64,000 nt of DNA from a bacterium (GTDB lineage: Bacteria > Electryoneota > JAOADG01): contig OY820579.1 in assembly GCA_963681965.1 (NCBI GenBank), positions 3,040,001 to 3,104,000 of the forward strand, read 5' to 3'. A program made the position numbers and the translations under genes. The notes beneath the pieces were generated by a model. That model ran no database searches. It saw only the letters and a program-made list of their open reading frames with translations, and was not told the DNA's origin. Shown here piece after piece: positions 10,132 through 20,390 of the stretch; the stretch's first letter is position 1, and every line of letters starts with the position of its first letter.

Positions 10132-11193
10132 ATGGCAACTTATTCTAAAAAACGGTTTGTATCACCCTTGGATTGGCTCGATGACCCGCAATCCCCACCT
10201 GAACTAACGTTTCTGGTGGGTACCGATGAATGGGTCATCGAAAAGATGCTCGATAGCTTTAAAGCGATCCTTCAAATCGAAGATCTTGAATACGGTTTTT
10301 CGATTCTTCATTGCGACGATCTCACGCCAGAAGCTGCGATGGATGCGCTTCGCGGGGGATCGTTACTTTATTCCGGGCGGCGGCTGATTTTTCTCCGGGG
10401 AACTCCATCCGGTCGACAAGACAAGCTGCGAAAGATCCTTGAACAATCCGTCACTAAACTTGAACCAGAGCTTACTTATGTCGTCTGGCAACTCGAAGAG
10501 TATGATGGTTCGAAACGTCCGAAACTTTGGCCATATACTGCCATTCAGCCGAGTCTGATTATTCGCTTCGACGAGCGATCCGATGATGAGATGCTCCTTT
10601 GGGCTAAGTATCTGCTTCGGAATGCCGGACTGAAGTTGTCGCCGAAGGGTATTCAACAGCTAGCCAATTCCGCACAATTTCCCTATGAATTGAACAGCAT
10701 TGTCGAACAACTCCGGGTCTGGGCTGACGAACACGGCACCATTTCGGACGATGTGTTTGGTAAATTGGCGCTCGGTGAAATCAATTCCGTCGTCGAAGAG
10801 GTTGTATTCCACCTGCTGACTGGCAATCCGGATAAGATGCTTGCCGCTATCTATCGACTGGATGAGCAGACCGTTGCTCGCAATACCACGACGATTTTAT
10901 GGCGGGTAGGATCGATGCTTCACGAAGCTTGGCAATGGCTACTACCCGCGCGACCGACCGATCCGCAGAGTTATCGGTGGAATCCGTACCAACGGTTCTT
11001 TCAGGATTTGGAGCCGTATCGCGATCGCGTCACGGAAGCGGCAATCTGGGAAACGTTGGCGGATTTGTCCACTTTGGACACCAGTTTAAAAACTACCGGT
11101 GCTTTCCAACAGGAATACCGGTTATTGGTTCAGTCACTGCTCCCTGCAGCCAAGCGTTTCCAGTCGGGAACACAACGGAAAGCTCGTGCGTAA
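10132..11193 (+). CDS. Probable DNA polymerase III delta subunit (HolA-like, divergent)
   Basis: Length about 350 aa; FLVGTDEW and SLL..RRLI N-terminal motifs; C-terminal D..LKT. Confidence 0.6.
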   Translation: MATYSKKRFVSPLDWLDDPQSPPELTFLVGTDEWVIEKMLDSFKAILQIEDLEYGFSILHCDDLTPEAAMDALRGGSLLYSGRRLIFLRGTPSGRQDKLRKILEQSVTKLEPELTYVVWQLEEYDGSKRPKLWPYTAIQPSLIIRFDERSDDEMLLWAKYLLRNAGLKLSPKGIQQLANSAQFPYELNSIVEQLRVWADEHGTISDDVFGKLALGEINSVVEEVVFHLLTGNPDKMLAAIYRLDEQTVARNTTTILWRVGSMLHEAWQWLLPARPTDPQSYRWNPYQRFFQDLEPYRDRVTEAAIWETLADLSTLDTSLKTTGAFQQEYRLLVQSLLPAAKRFQSGTQRKARA

Positions 11194-11850
11194 ATGAAAC
11201 AGACTAGCGATCACGGCAACGATGTCGAAGACACCGACGAAATCACCGAGGTAGACGAAGGGATGCACGAACAATTGGCGGTAAAATTCGATCACACATC
11301 CGATCGGATTTTGATGCAACGGTTCCAAGCAGGCGAAGAAGAAGTATTCGTCACTCTGATGGAGCGTTATCAAGCGCCGCTCTATACGTTCATTTTGCGC
11401 ATGCTCGGCGATCCGGTTGGAGCGAAAGATATGCTCCAAGAGACGTTTATCAGGGTCTGGGAACGTCGCGATCAGTACCGTGAAATCGCACAATTTTCAA
11501 CTTGGCTCTATACCATCGCTGCCAATCTGGTTCGTTCCGAATTGCGAAAACGCAAACTTCGGCGCTGGATCCCGCTCGGTCATCACGACGACGACCAACC
11601 GGAAATCGATCCACCCGACGACGGTTTCCTTCCGGACGAGCTGGCAAACAGCAGTGGATTGCGAGTCAAAATCAATCAAGCATTGAAAAAACTACCGAGT
11701 GAATTTCGCGAAGCAGTGGTATTGCGCGACATCAACGACCTATCCTACGAAGAGATTGCGACGGCATTGAATGTGCCGGTAGGAACGGTGAAATCCCGCG
11801 TCAATCGCGGTCGGGCGCGGTTACAAGAAATGTTGAGACAATATTTATAA
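11194..11850 (+). CDS. ECF sigma-70 factor (RpoE/SigW-like)
   Basis: DMLQETFIRVW, FSTWLYTIAAN, LSYEEIA..L.VPVGTVKSRVNRGR. Confidence 0.95.
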   Translation: MKQTSDHGNDVEDTDEITEVDEGMHEQLAVKFDHTSDRILMQRFQAGEEEVFVTLMERYQAPLYTFILRMLGDPVGAKDMLQETFIRVWERRDQYREIAQFSTWLYTIAANLVRSELRKRKLRRWIPLGHHDDDQPEIDPPDDGFLPDELANSSGLRVKINQALKKLPSEFREAVVLRDINDLSYEEIATALNVPVGTVKSRVNRGRARLQEMLRQYL

Positions 11851-11869
11851 ACCATAACGGTGAGAAAGC

Positions 11870-12397
11870 ATGATCACTTGTACAAGATTCGAATCGATGT
11901 TCCCCAATGCAGTTGCAGGAAAATTAACACCGGAAGAAGCAGCAGAGTTTGCGGAACATCGCACACAGTGTCGGCACTGCGCCGGGTTCACCGAGGGTGA
12001 CGCGTATTATCGGATGCGGTTGCAGACCGTCGGTTTCGAGCCGAATGCACCACAACTTGATCTGAACGCGATTTACCGTGGACAACGAGCCCCGCAGAAC
12101 CGGACGTACAATTTGCCGATGCGTACTCTCAGCTTGGCTGCCGGTATCGTACTCGGGGCATTCGTGGTCGGCAAAGTGCTGTTGAACAATCCTGCAACAC
12201 TTTCTACACCCGGTGCAATCAATCAAGCGAATCGAATCGATACAGCGCTTCCAGCCACTCCAGCACAGCAATTCGTGTCGAGTACGGACGGTAAATCTTC
12301 AACCAAACCAGTCGATTCGGTGAAAAACAAAAATCAAACCACGCAACCGATACCGGATCAATTCCACGGATCGATGCAGAGCGTCAGCGGTAAATAA
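11870..12397 (+). CDS. Probable ZAS (zf-HC2) anti-sigma factor
   Basis: HxxxCxxC (HRTQCRHC), one hydrophobic TM segment, directly after the ECF gene. Confidence 0.8.
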   Translation: MITCTRFESMFPNAVAGKLTPEEAAEFAEHRTQCRHCAGFTEGDAYYRMRLQTVGFEPNAPQLDLNAIYRGQRAPQNRTYNLPMRTLSLAAGIVLGAFVVGKVLLNNPATLSTPGAINQANRIDTALPATPAQQFVSSTDGKSSTKPVDSVKNKNQTTQPIPDQFHGSMQSVSGK

Positions 12398-12488
12398 CCG
12401 ACTTTTTGTATTACCTCCAACTGACCAACACGAACGGCGACCTTTCGGTCGCCGTTTGTGATTTGAAATAATCTCATTGAAAATAGTA

Positions 12489-13040
12489 CTACTCTTCCCC
12501 ATCCTTCTCATCCGCTTCAGCGCCCGGTAATTCTTCCTGTCGATGCTGCTCCAGCGCATCCTGCAGCGCCTGTTCCGCCGAAATATTCGTCCAGCAAACC
12601 GCCTGAATTACCGGCCAAAACCGGTTCATCATCCCGAACCCCATAAACACCAGAGGACTGAGAAATTCCGCAGGAAACGCCTGTTTGTAATGAGGATACC
12701 CAACCCGAAAGCGCACTTCACCGGAATTAGAATCAAGTTCGAAATTCCCGAACGCAAGATCGAAATTGAGCCGATTGAGAATATCGAGGATTCTGCTCCT
12801 TTTCGACTTTGGTGCGCGGAACGAGTGTGTTGTTAATGCGAGAATATTGCTCTCGCCAATCATGAAGACTGAACTATAATTGGAATTGTCGAGTGCCATC
12901 CCGACTCGTACTGCTCGACTCGGGTCGATGACTTCGTATTCTAAGCCGGTCGAATCGAGAAAATCCGTCAACTGGCGGAATAATGGCAACGCCGTCGATT
13001 CCGACGGCGTTACGTTTGAAGATTGTTCCTGATCGCTCAC
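12489..13040 (-). CDS. YbjN-domain protein
   Basis: LNRLN....FGNFELD...GEVRFR; GTG start overlaps the rho stop. Confidence 0.75.
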   Translation of the reverse strand: MSDQEQSSNVTPSESTALPLFRQLTDFLDSTGLEYEVIDPSRAVRVGMALDNSNYSSVFMIGESNILALTTHSFRAPKSKRSRILDILNRLNFDLAFGNFELDSNSGEVRFRVGYPHYKQAFPAEFLSPLVFMGFGMMNRFWPVIQAVCWTNISAEQALQDALEQHRQEELPGAEADEKDGEE

Positions 13041-14287
13041 TGCTTGCCCATCGAACTAAGGAACTGCTCGTTGCTCTTGGTGCCGCGTATCCGGTCGCTG
13101 AGGAACCGCATCGCATCGGCTGGCGACAGATCGCCAAGCATATTGCGCAGAATCCAGATTCGGTTGAGTTCCATCTCGCCGAGCAACAGCTCTTCGTGGC
13201 GGGTACCCGACTTGTTGATGTCGATTGCCGGGAAGATACGCAATTCCGCCATGCGACGGTCGAGCACGATTTCGTTGTTACCGGTACCTTTGAATTCTTC
13301 GAAAATGACTTCGTCCATTCGACTGCCGGTATCGATCAATGCCGTTGCAATAATCGTCAACGACCCACCTTCTTCGATGTTGCGCGCCGCACCGAAGAAT
13401 TTCTTCGGCTCATAGAGTGCGGTAGCATCCATACCACCCGATAACACGCGTCCGGAATGCGGTGCGACAGCGTTGTGGGCACGCGCTAAGCGCGTTATCG
13501 AGTCAAGGAGAATAACGACGTCGTGACCGTATTCAACCAGGCGTTTCGCCTTTTCAATCACCATATTCGAGATCTGAATATGTCGTTCCGGTTTTTCGTC
13601 GAATGTAGATGAAATCACTTCGCCGTGAACCGTACGCTGCATATCGGTGACTTCTTCGGGACGTTCGTCGATCAACAGAACGATCAACAATACTTCGGGA
13701 TGATTGCGCGCAATCGAGTTGGCGATTTTTTGTAGAATAATCGTTTTACCGGCACGTGGCGGCGAGACGATCAACGATCGTTGACCTTTGCCGAGCGGTG
13801 TAAACAGGTCGATTGTACGACTGGTGATATCGCACCCTTCGTATTCTTCCTTGATTCGTTCGTTGGGATAAATCGGCGTCAGGTTATCGAACAGAATCTT
13901 GTTACGCGTCTCTTCGGGCGCTTCGAAGTTGATCGCTTCGACTTTCAAGAGGGCGAAAAAGCGTTCGCTCTCTTTCGGCGGGCGAATCTGTCCACTGACA
14001 ATGTGACCTTTGCGAAGCCCGAATCGCTTGATTTGCGAAGGGCTGACATAGATATCGTCCGGACCGGGGAGATAATTCGAGGTCGGGCTGCGGAGAAAAC
14101 CGTACCCTTCCGGTAAAATTTCCAAGACACCATTGGCAAAGATCAAACCGTCTTTTTCGGTTTGGCGTTCAAGGATCTTAAAAATCAAATCCTGACGCGG
14201 CATGCCTGAATAATCGTCGATTTTCAGACTCTTTGCGATGTCATTCAGTTCGGAGATTTTTAGCGATTTTAATTCGGCGAGTTCCAT
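13037..14287 (-). CDS. rho: Transcription termination factor Rho
   Basis: [41 protein letters not shown]. Confidence 0.99.
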   Translation of the reverse strand: MELAELKSLKISELNDIAKSLKIDDYSGMPRQDLIFKILERQTEKDGLIFANGVLEILPEGYGFLRSPTSNYLPGPDDIYVSPSQIKRFGLRKGHIVSGQIRPPKESERFFALLKVEAINFEAPEETRNKILFDNLTPIYPNERIKEEYEGCDITSRTIDLFTPLGKGQRSLIVSPPRAGKTIILQKIANSIARNHPEVLLIVLLIDERPEEVTDMQRTVHGEVISSTFDEKPERHIQISNMVIEKAKRLVEYGHDVVILLDSITRLARAHNAVAPHSGRVLSGGMDATALYEPKKFFGAARNIEEGGSLTIIATALIDTGSRMDEVIFEEFKGTGNNEIVLDRRMAELRIFPAIDINKSGTRHEELLLGEMELNRIWILRNMLGDLSPADAMRFLSDRIRGTKSNEQFLSSMGKQ

Positions 14288-14437
14288 AGGAGTTCTCAAG
14301 CGAGGGAAATCAGAAACGACAGCCTAAAGCCCCCCTCGACAGGGTCCTTAGCGTGGGTGTGAGAATGGGTTACAACGTTACGATCATACAGGAGAGTGCT
14401 CAGGTAAGGAGCTAACACTTCAGATATGCTGTAACGG

Positions 14438-14466
14438 AAGTTACAAGCTGTTGCGAGCATAGTCAA
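14438..14466 (-). promoter_or_regulatory. Sigma70-like promoter of rho, followed by a C-rich leader
   Basis: TTGACT-N17-TAACTT. Confidence 0.5.
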
Positions 14467-14520
14467 GATGAGATACGAAAAAATTACTCGAGATTGTGGA
14501 ATCCTAGTAACAAGAATAAA

Positions 14521-15831
14521 TTACTGGAAACGTGGAAGTAAAGAACCGACCAGATAATGCGATCCCGTTAAAACAATACAATCGTTGGGATTTGCCTCGC
14601 TTATGGCAGCTTTCAGCGCTGCTTCCGGAGTCGGAAATGAACTCGCCTGACAGCCACAATCTGTAAATAACTGTGCCAATTCACGTCCGTCGCGAGCTCG
14701 TTCTCCTGTTAGAGGAGCGGCATAGATAATTGGTTTAAGTGGCTGTAACTCCCCAACAACACCAGCGATATCCTTATCAGCCAACAACCCGATCACCAAT
14801 CGATAACGACCCTGTAACACCGGTTTCCGTGCCAGTAAAGTCTGTGTTAGCGCTGCCGCGCCAGCGGGATTGTGCGCCACATCGGCTACTATCAATGGGT
14901 TGCGTTGCAGCGGTTCCAATCGGGAGCGCCAGATAGTCTTCGGTAAACCAGATCGGATCGCGTCATTGGTGAACTGCGACAATCCTTGTTCCCGCACCGC
15001 CAACATGACACAGAGCACACCTTCGAGATTCTCGCGTTGGTGTTTTCCCTCGAGCGGTAACTCCAAATGATCTAGTCCTGCGAATTCGCGCTGTGCCTCT
15101 TCCGATAATTTCACCAATCGCACAATTTGATTTTTCTCAGGGGTGTTCTTTGCTCTTACCGCTTGAACGATCACAGTCGATCGGGCGTTCCGGTAAGATT
15201 TCGCTTTCCGATCAATGAAACGCTTTTCGAGAAACCGCTCGACTGCCGCCACCTGCCGTGAAGAAGTTGCGGCAGCACACGGTTTCCAGATGCCGGATTT
15301 ATCCCGCGCAATCGCCACCCGAGTATAACCAAGGATTTCAGTATGATCGAGATCGATCCGTGTCAAATGCGCCACCAGCGGCTGTACTACGTTCGTACAG
15401 TCCCACGTACCGCCCAACCCAACCTCGATGACATTCAGCGTCGTTTCGGTTTGCCGGAAGACTTCGAAGGCGATTGCGGTTGTCACTTCAAAAAATGTCG
15501 CCTGGAGATTTTCCGCAAGCGGTCGAATCGATTGTAACAATTCACTCACTGCATTGATCGAAACCATCGCGTCATTAATCCGGATTCGCTCCCGCCAGTC
15601 GATCAGATGCGGTGACGTATAGAGCCCGACCTTGTATCCAGCTTCCTGCGCGATGGCGGCGATCATGGCACAGGTGGATCCTTTTCCGTTCGTTCCGGTT
15701 ACGTGAATCACCGGAATTGCCAGATGTGGATCACCGAAATACGCAAGCAATTTCCGCGTCGTGTCGAGCGTACGCGTCATGCCGAAACGGTGACGCTGGA
15801 ATAGCCAGTCGAGATTTTGTTGGTATGACAC
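14521..15831 (-). CDS. folC: Folylpolyglutamate synthase/dihydrofolate synthase
   Basis: HVTGTNGKGS, YTSPHL, EVGLGG, DLDH, DVAHNP. Confidence 0.95.
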   Translation of the reverse strand: MSYQQNLDWLFQRHRFGMTRTLDTTRKLLAYFGDPHLAIPVIHVTGTNGKGSTCAMIAAIAQEAGYKVGLYTSPHLIDWRERIRINDAMVSINAVSELLQSIRPLAENLQATFFEVTTAIAFEVFRQTETTLNVIEVGLGGTWDCTNVVQPLVAHLTRIDLDHTEILGYTRVAIARDKSGIWKPCAAATSSRQVAAVERFLEKRFIDRKAKSYRNARSTVIVQAVRAKNTPEKNQIVRLVKLSEEAQREFAGLDHLELPLEGKHQRENLEGVLCVMLAVREQGLSQFTNDAIRSGLPKTIWRSRLEPLQRNPLIVADVAHNPAGAAALTQTLLARKPVLQGRYRLVIGLLADKDIAGVVGELQPLKPIIYAAPLTGERARDGRELAQLFTDCGCQASSFPTPEAALKAAISEANPNDCIVLTGSHYLVGSLLPRFQ

Positions 15832-16697
15832 TATTCCCCAACCACCTTAAGATATGCAGCCTCTAGTTCTTCGATCGGTATTGAGCGAATGAGTTTTGGT
15901 GCTTCTCCTAAAAACCGCTCTGCGACTTCGAGAAAATTTCCTCCGGCATCCGTTAAGTAAAGTGCCGGATCTTGGGTGGGTGCAACGACATCTGACGAGT
16001 TGGGAAGATTAGCCAAATTCCGAATCGATAACTCCTGCGCTACCACCGCCGCCGTTGCTTCGGCGCTGTCGATGGTCTGAACAGTGTTCCAAATCCGATT
16101 CAATAGCGGTTTCAACAACGGGTAGTGAGTACAACCAAGCAAGAGAGTATCGCAGTGAGCATAGCGCAGCGGGGCAAGATATTTCTCAACAATCAACTCG
16201 GCAAATGGCGTCTCGTAGTCACCCTCCTCGATGATTGGAACCAGTAACGGCGCCGCGACCGACACAACTTTGCAGGAATTATCGATGCGTTGAATTGCGT
16301 GCCGGTAAGCATCGCTATTCACAGTTGCTCGTGTTGCCAATACCCCGATGCAGGTTTTCGAAAGCGCTACTGCTGCAGCCGCACCCGGCTGTATCACGCC
16401 GAAAACCGGCACCGGCATCCGCTCGTGGAGTGAGGGAAGTGCCAAGGCACTGGCAGTATTGCACGCAACGACAATTGCTTTCACCGGTTGAAGCGACAAC
16501 CATGAACCAATTTGAAGGGCAAAACTTCGAACGATCTCTTTCGATTTCGATCCGTAAGGAACGCGAGCAGTATCCCCGAAATAGATAAAATCTTCTTCGG
16601 GGAGTTTTTTTCGCAATTCGCGCAAAACCGTAAGACCGCCGACACCGGAGTCAAAAACTCCGATCGGCAGTCTACGGGGTAGTATGGGAGTAATCAT
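15831..16697 (-). CDS. murI: Glutamate racemase
   Basis: FDSGVGG, PYG, VACNTAS, LGCTHYP. Confidence 0.97.
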   Translation of the reverse strand: MITPILPRRLPIGVFDSGVGGLTVLRELRKKLPEEDFIYFGDTARVPYGSKSKEIVRSFALQIGSWLSLQPVKAIVVACNTASALALPSLHERMPVPVFGVIQPGAAAAVALSKTCIGVLATRATVNSDAYRHAIQRIDNSCKVVSVAAPLLVPIIEEGDYETPFAELIVEKYLAPLRYAHCDTLLLGCTHYPLLKPLLNRIWNTVQTIDSAEATAAVVAQELSIRNLANLPNSSDVVAPTQDPALYLTDAGGNFLEVAERFLGEAPKLIRSIPIEELEAAYLKVVGE

Positions 16698-16716
16698 AGC
16701 GTAAAAATCACAGAAT

Positions 16717-19203
16717 TTACCGGATTACGACATTCACCAATTTATCCGGTACGACAACCTCTTTTACGATCGTATAACCGTGCGTGTATTTCAGATATGC
16801 TTCGTCATTGTGAAGAATATCTAACACTGCTTCGTTCTTCAAGCCACGTGCCATGGTAACATGACCTCGGACTTTTCCATTCACCTGCATCACATACGCA
16901 ACAGTATCTTCAACCAACCATTTGGGATCGGCTACCGGGAATGCTGCATCAAACAGATTACCGCTCTCCCCCAACCGTTCCCACGCTTCACAGAACAGAT
17001 GCGGAGCCAGCGGCGCGGCTGCTTTAACAATCCGCTTTACCGCGTGATTGAATGCAATTGTATCGATTTCACCGACATCCCACGCGTAGAATTCATTCAC
17101 GCAAGTCATCAGCGCCGCAATCGCGGTATTGAATTTGAATTGCCCGACACCACGTTCTACCGCGTAGGCGAGGTGATTCAACGCGCGTTCAATCTTTTCC
17201 GGGATAACACTATCGCCACCCGTTGCATTTTCTGCCCGTAACACCAAGCGCCAGATACGATTGACAGCACGTTCAATACCGGTGATTCCACCGTCGTTCC
17301 AGTCGCCACCGATCGCATAGTCGCCCATGAACATCAGGTACATCCGGAAGACATCGGAGCCGTATTGTTCGATGAATGGTTCCGGATTCACTACGTTGCC
17401 ACGCGATTTCGACATCCGAGCACCATTATGGGTGATAACGCCCTGATGAACCATCTTCTTGAAGGGTTCCTTGAATGAAATCAAACCCGCCTTCTCGAAC
17501 GCATGACAGATAAACCGCGCATAGAGCAAATGCCCGTAAGTATGCTCGGTACCACCGACATAAGTATCGACCGGTAACATTTTATTCACGATCTCGCGAT
17601 CGAATGGTTGTGTATCATCCTGAGCACAAGGAAACCGCAGGAAGTACCACGAGGAACAGACAAACGTGTCCATCGTATCGGGATCGCGATTCGCCGGTTG
17701 TCCGCATTTCGGACAAGTGGTATGAATAAACGAGTCGATTGCTTCCAGTGGCGACTTACCCACCGGACGATATTCTTTCACTTCACTTGGCAGTACCACC
17801 GGCAGTTGACTTTCGGGTACCGGTACGACACCGCAATCGGGACAATGGATCATGGGGATCGGCGCTCCCCAATACCGCTGTCGGGATACCGACCAGTCGC
17901 GCAGTCGGTAAGTGATTTTCTTGTTTCCCTTGCCGATCTTCTCCAATCGGTCGACGATGACTTTCCCGGCAGTTTCCGATGGTGTACCGGTTAAATCGTC
18001 GCCGGAATTCACCATGAAGCCCGGTTCGGTATACGCGACTTCCATCGCGATCGGATCGAGTTTCGTCTCTTTCGGTTGAATAACCACTTTGATCGGCAGA
18101 TCGAATTTACAGGCAAATTCAAAATCGCGTTGGTCATGCGCCGGAACCGCCATCACCACACCAGTACCGTAGCTCTCCAGCACATAATCGGCAATCCAGA
18201 TCGGTATTTGCGTGCCCGTTAAGGGATGCGTGCAATAAGCTCCGGTGAACACACCGGTTTTCTCGCGATCGGTCGCCATCCGATCAATCTCAGTCGCACG
18301 CAACGTCTGACTGATATACTCTTTCACCGCGCCACGTTGCCCTGCTACAGTAATTGTATCGACCAGACTATGTTCCGGTGCCAACACCACATAAGTCACG
18401 CCATAGAGCGTATCGGGACGCGTAGTAAAGACTTCCAGATCGCCAGAGCCATCCGACATCGGGAATTTGATCGATGCACCCTCGGATTTTCCAATCCAAT
18501 ACTTCTGCGACGATTTGGTTTTCTCCGGCCAATCGATACCGCCTTGATCCACCGGTCGATCCAATTCTTCCAACAGACTTTCCGCGAAATCGGTGATCTT
18601 GAAAAACCATTGCGCCAGCTTGCGTCGTTCCACCGCGGTGCCGCAGCGTTCGCAATTACCTCCAACCACCTGCTCATTGGCTAACACGGTTTGATCTTTC
18701 GGACACCAATTCACCGGAGCCGTTTTATAATCGACCAAGCCCTGTTTGTAAAGCTGCAGGAACACCCACTGCGTCCACTTGTAATATTCCGGAGTCGATG
18801 TATTGACTTCGTAATTCCAGTCGTACATCGTACCCATCCGACGCAATTGACCACGGATGAAATCGACATTCGATTTGGTCGAATCGGCGGGATGTACGTT
18901 GTGCTTGATCGCGAAGTTTTCGGCAGGTAATCCGAAGGCATCGAAACCCATCGGTTCAAACACATTGTACCCTCGCATCCGCTGCAACCGTGCAAAAGTG
19001 TCAGTGGGACCGTAATTCCACCAATGACCGATATGTAGTTTGTCGCCACTCGGATAAATAAACATGCAGAGAATGTACTTTTTCTCGCGATCGGATCGAT
19101 TCAAATCGACCTTGTGGTCGCCGCGAGTATCCCACTTGCTGCGCCATTTCTCTTCAATCTCACGAAATGGATAGATCTGAGTGTGGAAATTGTCTTCCGC
19201 CAT
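16717..19203 (-). CDS. leuS: Leucine--tRNA ligase
   Basis: YPSG..LHIGH, FTTRPDT editing domain, SRQRYWG, RMSKS. Confidence 0.98.
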   Translation of the reverse strand: MAEDNFHTQIYPFREIEEKWRSKWDTRGDHKVDLNRSDREKKYILCMFIYPSGDKLHIGHWWNYGPTDTFARLQRMRGYNVFEPMGFDAFGLPAENFAIKHNVHPADSTKSNVDFIRGQLRRMGTMYDWNYEVNTSTPEYYKWTQWVFLQLYKQGLVDYKTAPVNWCPKDQTVLANEQVVGGNCERCGTAVERRKLAQWFFKITDFAESLLEELDRPVDQGGIDWPEKTKSSQKYWIGKSEGASIKFPMSDGSGDLEVFTTRPDTLYGVTYVVLAPEHSLVDTITVAGQRGAVKEYISQTLRATEIDRMATDREKTGVFTGAYCTHPLTGTQIPIWIADYVLESYGTGVVMAVPAHDQRDFEFACKFDLPIKVVIQPKETKLDPIAMEVAYTEPGFMVNSGDDLTGTPSETAGKVIVDRLEKIGKGNKKITYRLRDWSVSRQRYWGAPIPMIHCPDCGVVPVPESQLPVVLPSEVKEYRPVGKSPLEAIDSFIHTTCPKCGQPANRDPDTMDTFVCSSWYFLRFPCAQDDTQPFDREIVNKMLPVDTYVGGTEHTYGHLLYARFICHAFEKAGLISFKEPFKKMVHQGVITHNGARMSKSRGNVVNPEPFIEQYGSDVFRMYLMFMGDYAIGGDWNDGGITGIERAVNRIWRLVLRAENATGGDSVIPEKIERALNHLAYAVERGVGQFKFNTAIAALMTCVNEFYAWDVGEIDTIAFNHAVKRIVKAAAPLAPHLFCEAWERLGESGNLFDAAFPVADPKWLVEDTVAYVMQVNGKVRGHVTMARGLKNEAVLDILHNDEAYLKYTHGYTIVKEVVVPDKLVNVVIR

Positions 19204-19231
19204 GGCTCTGCTCCTCGGTTGTGTAATACAT

Positions 19232-19260
19232 AAAAAAAGGGGCGTACAAACGCCCCTAAA
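19232..19260 (-). terminator. Attenuator terminator upstream of leuS
   Basis: AGGGGCGT-TTGT-ACGCCCCT plus T-tract, about 30 nt before the leuS ATG. Confidence 0.8.
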
Positions 19261-19281
19261 ATACTCTCAGGGCGCAATCGA

Positions 19282-19314
19282 TCAGCACAATAGAAGCGAG
19301 CGGACAACATTCAT
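19282..19314 (-). CDS. Putative leuS leader peptide MNVVRSLLLC (may extend upstream to the ATG at 19389)
   Basis: Three tandem Leu codons (CTT CTA TTG) just before the stop, next to an antiterminator arm. Confidence 0.65.
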   Translation of the reverse strand: MNVVRSLLLC

Positions 19315-19411
19315 TTGAATGGTCCGAACGAACATTGGGAATTGCATTTGTGCTGATTTCTTCAAAATTGGTCTGCTTTCGTTATTCATCGATGTATATA
19401 TAATACGAAAC

Positions 19412-19437
19412 AAAAATGCCGCCCGGAACGGGCGGCG
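19412..19437 (-). terminator. Terminator after tRNA-Pro
   Basis: GCCGCCCG-N4-CGGGCGGC plus ATTTTT. Confidence 0.75.
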
Positions 19438-19446
19438 TTTCTTGTG

Positions 19447-19520
19447 TCGGGGAGACTGGATTTGAACCAGCGACCCCTTGGTCCCGAACCAAGTGCGCTA
19501 CCGGGCTGCGCTACTCCCCG
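19447..19520 (-). tRNA. tRNA-Pro(CGG)
   Basis: CGGGGAGTAGCGCAGCCCGGTAGCGCACTTGGTTCGGGACCAAGGGGTCGCTGGTTCAAATCCAGTCTCCCCGA cloverleaf. Confidence 0.96.
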
Positions 19521-19532
19521 TGTTTTCGTTAC

Positions 19533-20243
19533 TTACCGATATTTACCGGATAACTTTCGAAAAACCTCTACTCCAATCATTCGCAAGAACCGGATTGTGT
19601 CCGGAATGCGGTGGATTGAACTGTCGGAATGCAAATATATAGTAGGGATTGGTACAAATGCAAGCCGCCATTTTTTCCAAACTCCCTGCAAGATCAATTG
19701 CGGTTCAAAATCAAATCGATTCCCGTCAACATGCAGCTCCGACCAGCGTGAAAGCCGCATCCAGCGAAATCCGCATTGCACATCGTGCAATTTACGAAAG
19801 GCGATACATTCCATGACAAAAGTACTTAACCGATTGGAACAGCGACGATCCCACGGCATCCCGGTCATATCGCTTAATCGATCCCCGACTACCAAATCGG
19901 CACGGCTCTGTTCGGCTAGCGCGATAAATCGCGGAATGAATTCCGGAGGATGCTGTCCATCGGCATCCAGTGTGATCACTGCGTCAAATCCATCTGCTAT
20001 CAACCGCTCGAAACCGAGTCGAAGCGCTGCCCCTTTGCCTTGATTGATCGGCAATCGTAAAATCAGATCCGTATCGGGCAAATCGACCACCACATCATCA
20101 GGAACGCCATCCAGCACCACATAGATTGATAGATCGGGAATCGTGCGCTTGATCTCTGCACATAGCTGATGCAATCGATCATCGACAGAGACGGTCGGTA
20201 TCAGTACCGCTGTGCGGAAAGTGGGTGTCGGAGTATTCGTCAG
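19533..20243 (-). CDS. Glycosyltransferase family 2 (DPM/DPG synthase-like)
   Basis: NQGKGAAL, TLDADGQH, DVQCGFR; the open frame extends to a CTG at 20243 and includes the N-terminal AVLIP strand; start uncertain. Confidence 0.8.
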   Translation of the reverse strand: MTNTPTPTFRTAVLIPTVSVDDRLHQLCAEIKRTIPDLSIYVVLDGVPDDVVVDLPDTDLILRLPINQGKGAALRLGFERLIADGFDAVITLDADGQHPPEFIPRFIALAEQSRADLVVGDRLSDMTGMPWDRRCSNRLSTFVMECIAFRKLHDVQCGFRWMRLSRWSELHVDGNRFDFEPQLILQGVWKKWRLAFVPIPTIYLHSDSSIHRIPDTIRFLRMIGVEVFRKLSGKYR

Positions 20244-20271
20244 ATGGTTCCTATCGTTTACCGATTAGACC

Positions 20272-20293
20272 GTAGGGGCGAATCGCATTCGCC
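20272..20293 (+). repeat. GTAG-type REP palindrome (GTAGGGGCGAATCGCATTCGCC)
   Basis: Same sequence at 48903 and inverted at 21069..21091. Confidence 0.85.
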
Positions 20294-20390
20294 TTCATAA
20301 AAGATCAAGATTCAAGATAAAGAATAGATCGCCACACTACGCTTCGCTTCGTTCGCGACGACATATAACGAAACTAAGAAGGACCAAGCA

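Noticed and set aside
19204-19410. Possible T-box leader for leuS
   Set aside because: No GGTGG.ACC T-box sequence; a leader-peptide attenuator explains the region better.
19444-20043. 199-aa plus-strand ORF
   Set aside because: Antisense to tRNA-Pro and the GT2 gene; its N-terminus is just the translated tRNA complement.
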